A DNA stretch of 64,000 bases from the human T2T-CHM13v2.0 reference genome, Homo sapiens: assembly GCF_009914755.1 (NCBI RefSeq), contig NC_060948.1; one strand, written 5' to 3'. Position numbers and translations under genes: made by a program. Below, piece after piece: positions 40,868-60,216 of this stretch; position 1 is the stretch's first letter; the number at the start of each line of letters is the position of its first letter. The notes beneath the pieces are model-generated. The model saw nothing but the letters and a program-made list of their open reading frames with translations, searched no databases and was not told where the DNA came from.

Positions 40868-42967
40868 AGATCCGTATTTTTTAAATGAAAAAAAATTTCA
40901 AAGGTACTCTGCTTGGTACAATAATCAAATGTATAAACTGAGGAATAAAACATAACCATGAAACCTACTTATAACTGCATATGGAAAATACAGAGGATAA
41001 TTTTTTAAATAACATATTTTGAAAGCCTTAACTAGTAATTTGAAGAGTTGGCATTTGAAAGGCCAGTATGAATATACCTTCAAAGCAGCAACACAGGTTC
41101 CCCATGAGAAAAAGCAAACACAGGGAAAATAAAAACACAAAGGTTCAATCTCTTCTGACCTTTGAAAGACACAGCACAGACAGTGGTCCTTAGGACGAAG
41201 AGCAGGAGACCCCTAATTCCGTCACCATGGCGATAGGGCATAAACATTGCTGGGTGAGGGCACAATCCACATTGTGAGGTCCAACTGCTGCCAGGAAGAC
41301 AGGAGTGCTTTTACATAGACCGAAAGGTCATTGAAGGCTCAGAGTTTTGTTTCAAGAACTGAATCCCAAGCCCACACGTTATTAGGCTGCGCTTCTTAAA
41401 ACAAGTTATGAGATGGGAAAAAGGGCACCCACAAACATACGTATACATTATGTATATAATAATATACAGTATCATATATATAATATATATAACCTATGTA
41501 TAATATTGTTTTACATCCTGCATCTTATGTTATATATATTGTATAAAATATAATAATTGATAATATATAAGTTTTATAATTATACAATATGACATATAGT
41601 ATATATTATAATTTATGACATATATAATATATGTTATATATCATATATAGAATATATTATACGGTTAATATACGTATTAAATATAAATTATACATTATAT
41701 ATATTATATATAATATATCTGTTATATATAATACCCATTATGCATAATATATATAATATGTCTATGTTATATATAGTATAAAACAACATATAATAATATA
41801 TAATTGTATATATAAAATGCGACATAGAATATATATTATATTTTATAACATATGTAATATATATTATATATTATATATAATACGTTGTATGTATAATACC
41901 TATATTAAATATATATTATATGACTATGTTATTAATTACATGTCACATGTGTTATATATTATATATTTTACATAGAATATACCGGTTACATACAATATAT
42001 ACTATGTTACCTATAATGTATAATTTATTACATGTAAAATAAAGAATGCAATATATTATGTATAATTTATAATATACAATATGTGGAATGTGATATATGT
42101 AACATATAATATATGATATATGATATACAGTATATGATATATAACATACAATATATGATTCCTAATATATATGGTATACAATATATATTTTATGATATGT
42201 ATTCTATATGTTTTATATTCTGTTATATATAACTATTTGAAATTATATATAACTGTATAATATTTTATGTAAATATGTAATGTAATATATAACTATATAA
42301 TATATTATATATAACTATATATTATGTTATATATACTTTTATAACATAATTTACATAAAATATCATAATATAATATATATTATATTATTTCATATTACAT
42401 AATATATATTACATATCAACCAATATAACTAACATACATAATATTATAATATAGATTATATTATGTTATATTAAATATCATATATATCATGTATCATATA
42501 TTCTATAATATATATTACACATTATATAATATGTATGTCTATTATGTGATATATATAACTATATATATAATTATATTTTTATACATATAACTAGATAAAC
42601 ATGTAATTCTACATATTTTCATTTATAATATGTAGAATTATATAATCATATATAATTATTTATATTCTATAAAAAATTTTATCATTATATAAATTATATT
42701 ATATAAAAATTATAATATGTACTACAAATATATATATTATATATCATATATGATATAGTACCTTTGTTATATATCATAATACATATAAATGTGTATTATG
42801 TTATCTATAATTATATAATTTCATATATAAGATGTATAATATGTATCATATATTATATATGTTATGTAATATATATAGTATATATAAGATGACACAGGAT
42901 AAATATTATATACTATGACATATAAAATATATGAGGTTATATGTTACATATAAGGCATAGCACATAA

Positions 42968-43282
<315 letters not shown>

Positions 43283-45386
43283 AGATCCGTATTTTTTAAA
43301 TGAAAAAAAATTTCAAAGGTACTCTGCTTGGTACAATAATCAAATGTATAAACTGAGGAATAAAACATAACCATGAAACCTACTTATAACTGCATATGGA
43401 AAATACAGAGGATAATTTTTTAAATAACATATTTTGAAAGCCTTAACTAGTAATTTGAAGAGTTGGCATTTGAAAGGCCAGTATGAATATACCTTCAAAG
43501 CAGCAACACAGGTTCCCCATGAGAAAAAGCAAAACAGGGAAAATAAAAACACAAAGGTTCAATCTCTTCTGACCTTTGAAAGACACAGCACAGACAGTGG
43601 TCCTTAGGACGAAGAGCAGGAGACCCCTAATTCCGTCACCATGGCGATAGGGCATAAACATTGCTGGGTGAGGGCACAATCCACATTGTGAGGTCCAACT
43701 GCTGCCAGGAAGACAGGAGTGCTTTTACATAGACCGAAAGGTCATTGAAGGCTCAGAGTTTTGTTTCAAGAACTGAATCCCAAGCCCACACGTTATTAGG
43801 CTGCGCTTCTTAAAACAAGTTATGAGATGGGAAAAAGGGCACCCACAAACATACGTATACATTATGTATATAATAATATACAGTATCATATATATAATAT
43901 ATATAACCTATGTATAATATTGTTTTACATCCTGCATCTTATGTTATATATATTGTATAAAATATAATAATTGATAATATATAAGTTTTATAATTATACA
44001 ATATGACATATAGTATATATTATAATTTATGACATATATAATATATGTTATATATCATATATAGAATATATTATACGGTTAATATACGTATTAAATATAA
44101 ATTATACATTATATATATTATATATAATATATCTGTTATATATAATACCCATTATGCATAATATATATATTATGTCTATGTTATATATAGTATAAAACAA
44201 TATATAATAATATATAATTGTATATATAAAATGCGACATAGAATATATATTATATTTTATAACATATGTAATATATATTATATATTATATATAATACGTT
44301 GTATGTATAATACCTATATTAAATATATATTATATGACTATGTTATTAATTGCATGTCACATGTGTTATATATTATATATTTTACATAGAATATACCGGT
44401 TACATACAATATATACTATGTTACCTATAATGTATAATTTATTACATGTAAAATAAAGAATGCAATATATTATGTATAATTTATAATATACAATATGTGG
44501 AATGTGATATATGTAACATATAATACATGATATATGATATACAGTATATGATATATAACATACAATATATTATTCCTAATATATATGGTATACAATATAT
44601 ATTTTATGATATGTATTCTATATGTTTTATATTCTGTTATATATAACTATTTGAAATTATATATAACTGTATAATATTTTATGTAAATATGTAATATAAT
44701 ATATATAACAATATAATATATTATATATAACTATATATTATGTTATATATACTTTTATAACATAATTTACATAAAATATCATAATACAATATATATTATA
44801 TTATTTCATATTACATAATATATATTACATATCACCAAATATAACTAACATACATAATATTATAATATAGATTATATTATGTTATATTAAATATCATATA
44901 TATCATGTATCATATATTCTATAATATATATTACACATTATATAATATGTATGTTGTCTATTATGTGATATATATAACTATATATATAATTATATTTTTA
45001 TACATATAACTAGATAAACATGTAATTCTACATATTTTCATTTATAATATGTAGAATTATATAATCATATATAATTATTTATATTCTATAAAAAATTTTA
45101 TCATTATATAAATTACAATATATAAAAATTATAATATGTACTACAAATATATATATTATATATCATATATGATATAGTACCTTTGTTATATATCATAATA
45201 CATATAAATGTGTATTATGTTATCTATAATTATATAATTTCATATATAAGGTGTATAATATAGATCATATATTATATATGTTATGTAATATATATAGTAT
45301 ATATAAGATGACACAGGATAAATATTATATACTATGACATATAAAATATATGAGGTTATATGTTACATATAAGGCATAGCACATAA

Positions 45387-45701
<315 letters not shown>

Positions 45702-47804
45702 AGATCCGTATTTTTTAAATGAAAAAAAATTTCAAAGGTACTCTGCTTGGTACAATAATCAAATGTATAAACTGAGGAATAAAACATAACCATGAAACCT
45801 ACTTATAACTGCATATGGAAAATACAGAGGATAATTTTTTAAATAACATATTTTGAAAGCCTTAACTAGTAATTTGAAGAGTTGGCATTTGAAAGGCCAG
45901 TATGAATATACCTTCAAAGCAGCAACACAGGTTCCCCATGAGAAAAAGCAAACACAGGGAAAATAAAAACACAAAGGTTCAATCTCTTCTGACCTTTGAA
46001 AGACACAGCACAGACAGTGGTCCTTAGGACGAAGAGCAGGAGACCCCTAATTCCGTCACCATGGCGATAGGGCATAAACATTGCTGGGTGAGGGCACAAT
46101 CCACATTGTGAGGTCCAACTGCTGCCAGGAAGACAGGAGTGCTTTTACATAGACCGAAAGGTCATTGAAGGCTCAGAGTTTTGTTTCAAGAACTGAATCC
46201 CAAGCCCACACGTTATTAGGCTGCGCTTCTTAAAACAAGTTATGAGATGGGAAAAAGGGCACCCACAAACATACGTATACATTATGTATATAATAATATA
46301 CAGTATCATATATATAATATATATAACCTATGTATAATATTGTTTTACATCCTGCATCTTATGTTATATATATTGTATAAAATATAATAATTGATAATAT
46401 ATAAGTTTTATAATTATACAATATGACATATAGTATATATTATAATTTATGACATATATAATATATGTTATATATCATATATAGAATATATTATACGGTT
46501 AATATACGTATTAAATATAAATTATACATTATATATATTATATATAATATATCTGTTATATATAATACCCATTATGCATAATATATATATTATGTCTATG
46601 TTATATATAGTATAAAACAACATATAATAATATATAATTGTATATATAAAATGCGACATAGAATATATATTATATTTTATAACATATGTAATATATATTA
46701 TATATTATATATAATACGTTGTATGTATAATACCTATATTAAATATATATTATATGACTATGTTATTAATTACATGTCACATGTGTTATATATTATATAT
46801 TTTACATAGAATATACCGGTTACATACAATATATACTATGTTACCTATAATGTATAATTTATTACATGTAAAATAAAGAATGCAATATATTATGTATAAT
46901 TTATAATATACAATATGTGGAATGTGATATATGTAACATATAATATATGATATATGATATACAGTATATGATATATAACATACAATATATGATTCCTAAT
47001 ATATATGGTATACAATATATATTTTATGATATGAATTCTATATGTTTTATATTCTGTTATATATAACTATTTGAAATTATATATAACTGTATAATATTTT
47101 ATGTAAATATGTAATGTAATATATAACTATATAATATATTATATATAACTATATATTATGTTATATATACTTTTATAACATAATTTACATAAAATATCAT
47201 AATATAATATATATTATATTATTTCATATTATATAATATATATTACATATCAACCAATATAACTAACATACATAATATTATAATATAGATTATATTATGT
47301 TATATTAAATATCATATATATCATGTATCATATATTCTATAATATATATTACACATTATATAATATGTATGTTGTCTATTATGTGATATATATAACTATA
47401 TATATAATTATATTTTTATACATATAACTAGATAAACATGTAATTCTACATATTTTCATTTATAATATGTAGAATTATATAATCATATATAATTATTTAT
47501 ATTCTATAAAAAATTTTATCATTATATAAATTATAATATATAAAAATTATAATATGTACTACAAATATATATATTATATATCATATATGATATAGTACCT
47601 TTGTTATATATCATAATACATATAAATGTGTATTATTTTATCTATAATTATATAATTTCATATATAAGATGTATAATATGTATCATATATTATATATGTT
47701 ATGTAATATATATGGTATATATAAGATGACACAGGATAAATATTATATACTATGACATATAAAATATATGAGGTTATATGTTACATATAAGGCATAGCAC
47801 ATAA

Positions 47805-48119
<315 letters not shown>

Positions 48120-50224
48120 AGATCCGTATTTTTTAAATGAAAAAAAATTTCAAAGGTACTCTGCTTGGTACAATAATCAAATGTATAAACTGAGGAATAA
48201 AACATAACCATGAAACCTACTTATAACTGCATATGGAAAATACAGAGGATAATTTTTTAAATAACATATTTTGAAAGCCTTAACTAGTAATTTGAAGAGT
48301 TGGCATTTGAAAGGCCAGTATGAATATACCTTCAAAGCAGCAACACAGGTTCCCCATGAGAAAAAGCAAACACAGGGAAAATAAAAACACAAAGGTTCAA
48401 TCTCTTCTGACCTTTGAAAGACACAGCACAGACAGTGGTCCTTAGGACGAAGAGCAGGAGACCCCTAATTCCGTCACCATGGTGATAGGGCATAAACATT
48501 GCTGGGTGAGGGCACAATCCACATTGTGAGGTCCAACTGCTGCCAGGAAGACAGGAGTGCTTTTACATAGACCGAAAGGTCATTGAAGGCTCAGAGTTTT
48601 GTTTCAAGAACTGAATCCCAAGCCCACACGTTATTAGGCTGCGCTTCTTAAAACAAGTTATGAGATGGGAAAAAGGGCACCCACAAACATACGTATACAT
48701 TATGTATATAATAATATACAGTATCATATATATAATATATATAACCTATGTATAATATTGTTTTACATCCTGCATCTTATGTTATATATATTGTATAAAA
48801 TATAATAATTGATAATATATAAGTTTTATAATTATACAATATGACATATAGTATATATTATAATTTATGACATATATAATATATGTTATATATCATATAT
48901 AGAATATATTATATGGTTAATATACGTATTAACTATAAATTATACATTATATATATTATATATAATATATCTGTTATATATAATACCCATTATGCATAAT
49001 ATATATATTATGTCTATGTTATATATGGTATAAAACAACATATAATAATATATAATTGTATATATAAAATGCGACATATAATATATATTATATTTTATAA
49101 CATATGTAATATATATTATATATTATATATAATACGTTGTATGTATAATACCTATATTAAATATATATTATATGACTATGTTATTAATTACATGTCACAT
49201 GTGTTATATATTATATATTTTACATAGAATATACCGGTTACATACAATATATACTATGTTACCTATAATGTATAATTGATTACATGTAAAATAAAGAATG
49301 AAATATATTATGTATGATTTATAATATACAATACGTGGAATGTGATATATATAACATATAATATATGATATATGATATACAGTATATGATATATAACATA
49401 CAATATATGATTCCTAATATATATGGTATACAATATATATTTTATGATATGTATTCTATATATTTTATATTCTGTTATATATAACTATTTGAAATTATAT
49501 ATAACTGTATAATATTTTATGTAAATATGTAATATAATATATATAACTATATAATATATTCTATATAACTATATATTATGTTATATATACTTTTATAACA
49601 TAATTTACATAAAATATCATAATATAATATATATTATATTATTTCATATTACATAATATATATTACATATCACCCAATATAACTAACATACATAATATTA
49701 TAATATAGATTATATTATGTTATATTAAATATGATATATATCATGTATCATATATTCTATAATATATATTACACATTATATAATATGTATGTTTTCTATT
49801 ATGTGATATATATAACTATATATATAATTATATTTTTATACATATAACTAGATAAACATGTAATTCTACATATTTTCATTTATAATATGTAGAATTATAT
49901 AATCATATATAATTATTTATATTCTATAAAAAATTTTATCATTATATAAATTATAATATATAAAAATTATAATATGTACTACAAATATATATATTATATA
50001 TCATATATGATATAGTACCTTTGTTATATATCATAATACATATAAATGTGTATTATGTTATCTATAATTATATAATTTCATATATAAGATGTATAATATG
50101 TATCATATATTATATATGTTATGTAATATATATAGTATATATAAGATGACACAGGATAAATATTATATACTATGACATATAAAATATATGAGGTTATATG
50201 TTACATATAAGGCATAGCACATAA

Positions 50225-50539
<315 letters not shown>

Positions 50540-52644
50540 AGATCCATATTTTTTAAATGAAAAAAAATTTCAAAGGTACTCTGCTTGGTACAATAATCAA
50601 ATGTATAAACTGAGGAATAAAACATAACCATGAAACCTACTTATAACTGCATATGGAAAATACAGAGGATAATTTTTTAAATAACATATTTTGAAAGCCT
50701 TAACTAGTAATTTGAAGAGTTGGCATTTGAAAGGCCAGTATGAATATACCTTCAAAGCAGCAACACAGGTTCCCCATGAGAAAAATCAAACACAGGGAAA
50801 ATAAAAACACAAAGGTTCAATCTCTTCTGACCTTTGAAAGACACAGCACAGACAGTGGTCCTTAGGACGAAGAGCAGGAGACCCCTAATTCCGTCACCAT
50901 GGCGATAGGGCATAAACATTGCTGGGTGAGGGCACAATCCACATTGTGAGGTCCAACTGCTGCCAGGAAGACAGTAGTGCTTTTACATAGACCGAAAGGT
51001 CATTGAAGGCTCAGAGTTTTGTTTCAAGAACTGAATCCCAAGCCCACAAGTTATTAGGCTGCGCTTCTTAAAACAAGTTATGAGATGGGAAAAAGGGCAC
51101 CCACAAACATACGTATACATTATGTATATAATAATATACAGTATCATTTATATAATATATATAACCTATGTATAATATTGTTTTACATCCGGCATCTTAT
51201 GTTATATATATTGTATAAAATATAATAATTGATAATATATAAGTTTTATATTTATACAATATGACATATAGTATATATTATAATTTATGACATATATAAT
51301 ATATGTTATATATCATATATAGAATATATTATACGGTTAATATACGTATTAAATATAAGTTATACATTATATATATTATATATAATATATCTGTTATATA
51401 TAATACCCATCATGCATAATATATATATTATGTCTATGTTATATATAGTATAAAACAACATATAATAATATATAATTGTATATATAAAATGCGACATATA
51501 ATATATATTATATTTTATAACATATGTAATATATATTATATATTATATATAATACGTTGTATGTATAATACCTATATTAAATATATATTATATGACTATG
51601 TTATTAATTGCATGTCACATGTGTTATATATTATATATTTTACATAGAATATACCGGTTACATACAATATATACTATGTTACCTATAATGTATAATTTAT
51701 TACATGTAAAATAAAGAATGCAATATATTATGTATAATTTATAATATACAATATGTGGAATGTGATATATGTAACATATAATACATGATATATGATATAC
51801 AGTATATGATATATAACATACAATATATTATTCCTAATATATATGGTATACAATATATATTTTATGATATGTATTCTATATGTTTTATATTCTGTTATAT
51901 ATAACTATTTGAAATTATATATAACTGTATAATATTTTATGTAAATATGTAATATAATATATATAACAATATAATATATTATATATAACTATATATTATG
52001 TTATATATACTTTTATAACATAATTTACATAAAATATCATAATACAATATATATTATATTATTTCATATTACATAATATATATTACATATCACCAAATAT
52101 AACTAACATACATAATATTATAATATAGATTATATTATGTTATATTAAATATCATATATATCATGTATCATATATTCTATAATATATATTACACATTATA
52201 TAATATGTATGTTGTCTATTATGTGATATATATAACTATATATATAATTATATTTTTATACATATAACTAGATAAACATGTAATTCTACATATTTTCATT
52301 TATAATATGTAGAATTATATAATCATATATAATTATTTATATTCTATAAAAAATTTTATCATTATATAAATTATAATATATAAAAATTATAATATGTACT
52401 ACAAATATATATATTATATATCATATATGATATAGTACCTTTGTTATATATCATAATACATATAAATGTGTATTATGTTATCTATAATTATATAATTTCA
52501 TATATAAGGTGTATAATATAGATCATATATTATATATGTTATGTAATATATATAGTATATATAAGATGACACAGGATAAATATTATATACTATGACATAT
52601 AAAATATATGAGGTTATATGTTACATATAAGGCATAGCACATAA

Positions 52645-52959
<315 letters not shown>

Positions 52960-55062
52960 AGATCCGTATTTTTTAAATGAAAAAAAATTTCAAAGGTACT
53001 CTGCTTGGTACAATAATCAAATGTATAAACTGAGGAATAAAACATAACCATGAAACCTACTTATAACTGCATATGGAAAATACAGAGGATAATTTTTTAA
53101 ATAACATATTTTGAAAGCCTTAACTAGTAATTTGAAGAGTTGGCATTTGAAAGGCCAGTATGAATATACCTTCAAAGCAGCAACACAGGTTCCCCATGAG
53201 AAAAAGCAAACACAGGGAAAATAAAAACACAAAGGTTCAATCTCTTCTGACCTTTGAAAGACACAGCACAGACAGTGGTCCTTAGGACGAAGAGCAGGAG
53301 ACCCCTAATTCCGTCACCATGGCGATAGGGCATAAACATTGCTGGGTGAGGGCACAATCCACATTGTGAGGTCCAACTGCTGCCAGGAAGACAGGAGTGC
53401 TTTTACATAGACCGAAAGGTCATTGAAGGCTCAGAGTTTTGTTTCAAGAACTGAATCCCAAGCCCACACGTTATTAGGCTGCGCTTCTTAAAACAAGTTA
53501 TGAGATGGGAAAAAGGGCACCCACAAACATACGTATACATTATGTATATAATAATATACAGTATCATATATATAATATATATAACCTATGTATAATATTG
53601 TTTTACATCCTGCATCTTATGTTATATATATTGTATAAAATATAATAATTGATAATATATAAGTTTTATAATTATACAATATGACATATAGTATATATTA
53701 TAATTTATGACATATATAATATATGTTATATATCATATATAGAATATATTATACGGTTAATATACGTATTAAATATAAATTATACATTATATATATTATA
53801 TATAATATATCTGTTATATATAATACCCATTATGCATAATATATATATTATGTCTATGTTATATATAGTATAAAACAACATATAATAATATATAATTGTA
53901 TATATAAAATGCGACATAGAATATATATTATATTTTATAACATATGTAATATATATTATATATTATATATAATACGTTGTATGTATAATACCTATATTAA
54001 ATATATATTATATGACTATGTTATTAATTACATGTCACATGTGTTATATATTATATATTTTACATAGAATATACCGGTTACATACAATATATACTATGTT
54101 ACCTATAATGTATAATTTATTACATGTAAAATAAAGAATGCAATATATTATGTATAATTTATAATATACAATATGTGGAATGTGATATATGTAACATATA
54201 ATATATGATATATGATATACAGTATATGATATATAACATACAATATATGATTCCTAATATATATGGTATACAATATATATTTTATGATATGAATTCTATA
54301 TGTTTTATATTCTGTTATATATAACTATTTGAAATTATATATAACTGTATAATATTTTATGTAACTATGTAATGTAATATATAACTATATAATATATTAT
54401 ATATAACTATATATTATGTTATATATACTTTTATAACATAATTTACATAAAATATCATAATATAATATATATTATATTATTTCATATTACATAATATATA
54501 TTACATATCAACCAATATAACTAACATACATAATATTATAATATAGATTATATTATGTTATATTAAATATCATATATATCATGTATCATATATTCTATAA
54601 TATATATTACACATTATATAATATGTATGTTGTCTATTATGTGATATATATAACTATATATATAATTATATTTTTATACATATAACTAGATAAACATGTA
54701 ATTCTACATATTTTCATTTATAATATGTAGAATTATATAATCATATATAATTATTTATATTCTATAAAAAATTTTATCATTATATAAATTATAATATATA
54801 AAAATTATAATATGTACTACAAATATATATATTATATATCATATATGATATAGTACCTTTGTTATATATCATAATACATATAAATGTGTATTATGTTATC
54901 TATAATTATATAATTTCATATATAAGATGTATAATATGTATCATATATTATATATGTTATGTAATATATATGGTATATATAAGATGACACAGGATAAATA
55001 TTATATACTATGACATATAAAATATATGAGGTTATATGTTACATATAAGGCATAGCACATAA

Positions 55063-55377
<315 letters not shown>

Positions 55378-57505
55378 AGATCCGTATTTTTTAAATGAAA
55401 AAAAATTTCAAAGGTACTCTGCTTGGTACAATAATCAAATGTATAAACTGAGGAATAAAACATAACCATGAAACCTACTTATAACTGCATATGGAAAATA
55501 CAGAGGATAATTTTTTAAATAACATATTTTGAAAGCCTTAACTAGTAATTTGAAGAGTTGGCATTTGAAAGGCCAGTATGAATATACCTTCAAAGCAGCA
55601 ACACAGGTTCCCCATGAGAAAAAGCAAACACAGGGAAAATAAAAACACAAAGGTTCAATCTCTTCTGACCTTTGAAAGACACAGCACAGACAGTGGTCCT
55701 TAGGACGAAGAGCAGGAGACCCCTAATTCCGTCACCATGGCGATAGGGCATAAACATTGCTGGGTGAGGGCACAATCCACATTGTGAGGTCCAACTGCTG
55801 CCAGGAAGACAGGAGTGCTTTTACATAGACCGAAAGGTCATTGAAGGCTCAGAGTTTTGTTTCAAGAACTGAATCCCAAGCCCACACGTTATTAGGCTGC
55901 GCTTCTTAAAACAAGTTATGAGATGGGAAAAAGGGCACCCACAAACATACGTATACATTATGTATATAATAATATACAGTATCATATATATAATATATAT
56001 AACCTATGTATAATATTGTTTTACATCCTGCATATTATGTTATATATATTGTATAAAATATAATAATTGATAATATATAAGTTTTATAATTATACAATAT
56101 GACATATAGTATATATTATAATTTATGACATATATAATATATGTTATATATCATATATAGAATATATTATATGGTTAATATACGTATTAACTATAAATTA
56201 TACATTATATATATTATATATAATATATCTGTTATATATAATACCCATTATGCATAATATATATATTATGTCTATGTTATATATGGTATAAAACAACATA
56301 TAATAATATATAATTGTATATATAAAATGCGACATATAATATATATTATATTTTATAACATATGTAATATATATTATATATTATATATAATACGTTGTAT
56401 GTATAATACCTATATTAAATATATATTATATGTCTATGTTATTAATTACATGTCACATGTGTTATATATTATATATTTTACATAGAATATACCGGTTACA
56501 TACAATATATACTATGTTACCTATAATGTATAATTGATTACATGTAAAATAAAGAATGAAATATATTATGTATGATTTATAATATACAATACGTGGAATG
56601 TGATATATATAACATATAATATATGATATATGATATACAGTATATGATATATAACATACAATATATGATTCCTAATATATATGGTATACAATATATATTT
56701 TATGATATGTATTCTATATATTTTATATTCTGTTATATATAACTATTTGAAATTATATATAACTGTATAATATTTTATGTAAATATGTAATATAATATAT
56801 ATAACTATATAATATATTATATATAACTATATATTATGTTATATATACTTTTATAACATAATTTACATAAAATATCATAATATAATATATATTATATTAT
56901 TTCATATTACATAATATATATTACATATCACCCAATATAACTAACATACATAATATTATAATATAGATTATATTATGTTATATTAAATATGATATATATC
57001 ATGTATCATATATTCTATAATATATATTACACATTATATAATATGTATGTTTTCTATTATGTGATATATATAACTATATATATAATTATATTTTTATACA
57101 TATAACTAGATAAACATGTAATTCTACATATTTTCATTTATAATATGTAGAATTATATAATCATATATAATTATTTATATTCTATAAAAAATTTTATCAT
57201 TATATAAATTATAATATATAAAAATTATAATATGTACTACAAATATATATATTATATATCATATATGATATAGTACCTTTGTTATATATCATAATACATA
57301 TAAATGTGTATTATGTTATCTATAATTATATAATTTCATATATAAGATGTATAATATGTATCATATATTATATATGTTATGTAATATATATAGTATATAT
57401 AAGATGACACAGGATAAATATTATATACTATGACATATAAAATATATGAGGTTATATGTTACATATAAGGCATAGCACATAACATTTAATATATATCATA
57501 TATAA

Positions 57506-57797
<292 letters not shown>

Positions 57798-59924
57798 AGA
57801 TCCATATTTTTTAAATGAAAAAAAATTTCAAAGGTACTCTGCTTGGTACAATAATCAAATGTATAAACTGAGGAATAAAACATAACCATGAAACCTACTT
57901 ATAACTGCATATGGAAAATACAGAGGATAATTTTTTAAATAACATATTTTGAAAGCCTTAACTAGTAATTTGAAGAGTTGGCATTTGAAAGGCCAGTATG
58001 AATATACCTTCAAAGCAGCAACACAGGTTCCCCATGAGAAAAAGCAAACACAGGGAAAATAAAAACACAAAGGTTCAATCTCTTCTGACCTTTGAAAGAC
58101 ACAGCACAGACAGTGGTCCTTAGGACGAAGAGCAGGAGACCCCTAATTCCGTCACCATGGCGATACGGCATAAACATTGCTGGGTGAGGGCACAATCCAC
58201 ATTGTGAGGTCCAACTGCTGCCAGGAAGACAGGAGTGCTTTTACATAGACCGAAAGGTCATTGAAGGCTCAGAGTTTTGTTTCAAGAACTGAATCCCAAG
58301 CCCACACGTTATTAGGCTGCGCTTCTTAAAACAAGTTATGAGATGGGAAAAAGGGCACCCACAAACATATGTATACATTATGTATATAATAATATACAGT
58401 ATCATATATATAATATATATAACCTATGTATAATATTGTTTTACATCCTGCATCTTATGTTATATATATTGTATAAAATATAATAATTGATAATATATAA
58501 CTTTTATAATTATACAATATGACATATAGTATATATTATAATTTATGACATATATAATATATGTTATATGTCACATATAGAATATATTATACGGTTAATA
58601 TACGTATTAAATATAAATTATACATTATATATATTATATATAATATATCTGTTATATATAATACCCATTATGCATAATATATATATTATGTCTATGTTAT
58701 ATATAGTATAAAACAACATATAATAATATATAATTGTATATATAAAATGCGACATATAATATATATTATATTTTATAACATATGTAATATATATTATATA
58801 TTATATATAATACGTTGTATGTATATACCTATATTAAATATATATTATATGACTATGTTATTAATTACATGTCACATGTGTTATATATTATATATTTTAC
58901 ATAGAATATACCAGTTACATACAATATATACTATGTTACCTATAATGTATAATTTATTACATGTAAAATAAAGAATGCAATATATTATGTATAATTTATA
59001 ATGTACCATATGTGGAATGTGATATATATAACATATAATATATGATATATGATGTACAGTATATGATATATAACATACAATATATGATTCCTAATATATA
59101 TGGTATACAATATATATTTTATGATATGTATTCTATATGTTTTATATTCTGTTATATATAACTATTTGAAATTATATATAACTGTATAATATTTTATGTA
59201 AATATGTAATATAATATATATAACTACATAATATATTATATATAACTATATATTATGTTATATATACTTTTATAACATAATTTACATAAAATATCATAAT
59301 ATAATATATATTATATTATTTCATATTACATAATATATATTACATATCACCCAATATAACTAACATACATAATATTATAATATACATTATATTATGTTAT
59401 ATTAAATATCATATATATCATGTATCATATATTCTATAATATATATTACACATTATATAATATGCATGTTGTCTATTATGTGATATATATAACTATATAT
59501 ATAATTATATTTTTATACATATAACTAGATAAACATGTAATTCTACATATTTTCATTTATAATATGTAGAATTATATAATCATATATAATTCTTTATATT
59601 CTATAAAAAATTTTATCATTATATAAATTATAATATATAAAAATTATAATATGTACTACAAATATATATATTATATATCATATATGATATAGTACCTTTG
59701 TTATATATCATAATACATATAAATGTGTATTATGTTATCTATAATTATATAATTTCATATATAAGATGTATAATATGTATCATATATTATATATGTTATG
59801 TAATATATATAGTATATATAAGATGACACAGGATAAATATTATATACTATGACATATAAAATATATGAGGTTATATGTTACATATAAGGCATAGCACATA
59901 ACATGTAATATGTATCATATATAA

Positions 59925-60216
59925 TTTTTTTTTAGACAGAATCTTGTCCTGTTGCACAGGGTGGGGTACAATGGCGCCATCTTTGCTCACTGCAACTTCT
60001 GCCTCACGGGTCCAAGCGATTGTCTTCCCTCAGCCTCCCAGGTAGCTGGGACTACACCACACTTGGACTACACCAGCTGCCACCATGCCTAGCTAATTTT
60101 TTGGATTTTTAGTAGTGACAGCGTTTCACTGTATTGGCCAGGATGGTCTTGATCTCTTCACCTTGTGATCCCCTTGCCTTGGCCTCCAAATTTGCTGGGA
60201 TTACAGGCCTGAGCCA
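59925..60216 (-). mobile_element. Diverged Alu, unit 25
   Basis: Near-identical to 1861-2152. Confidence 0.93.
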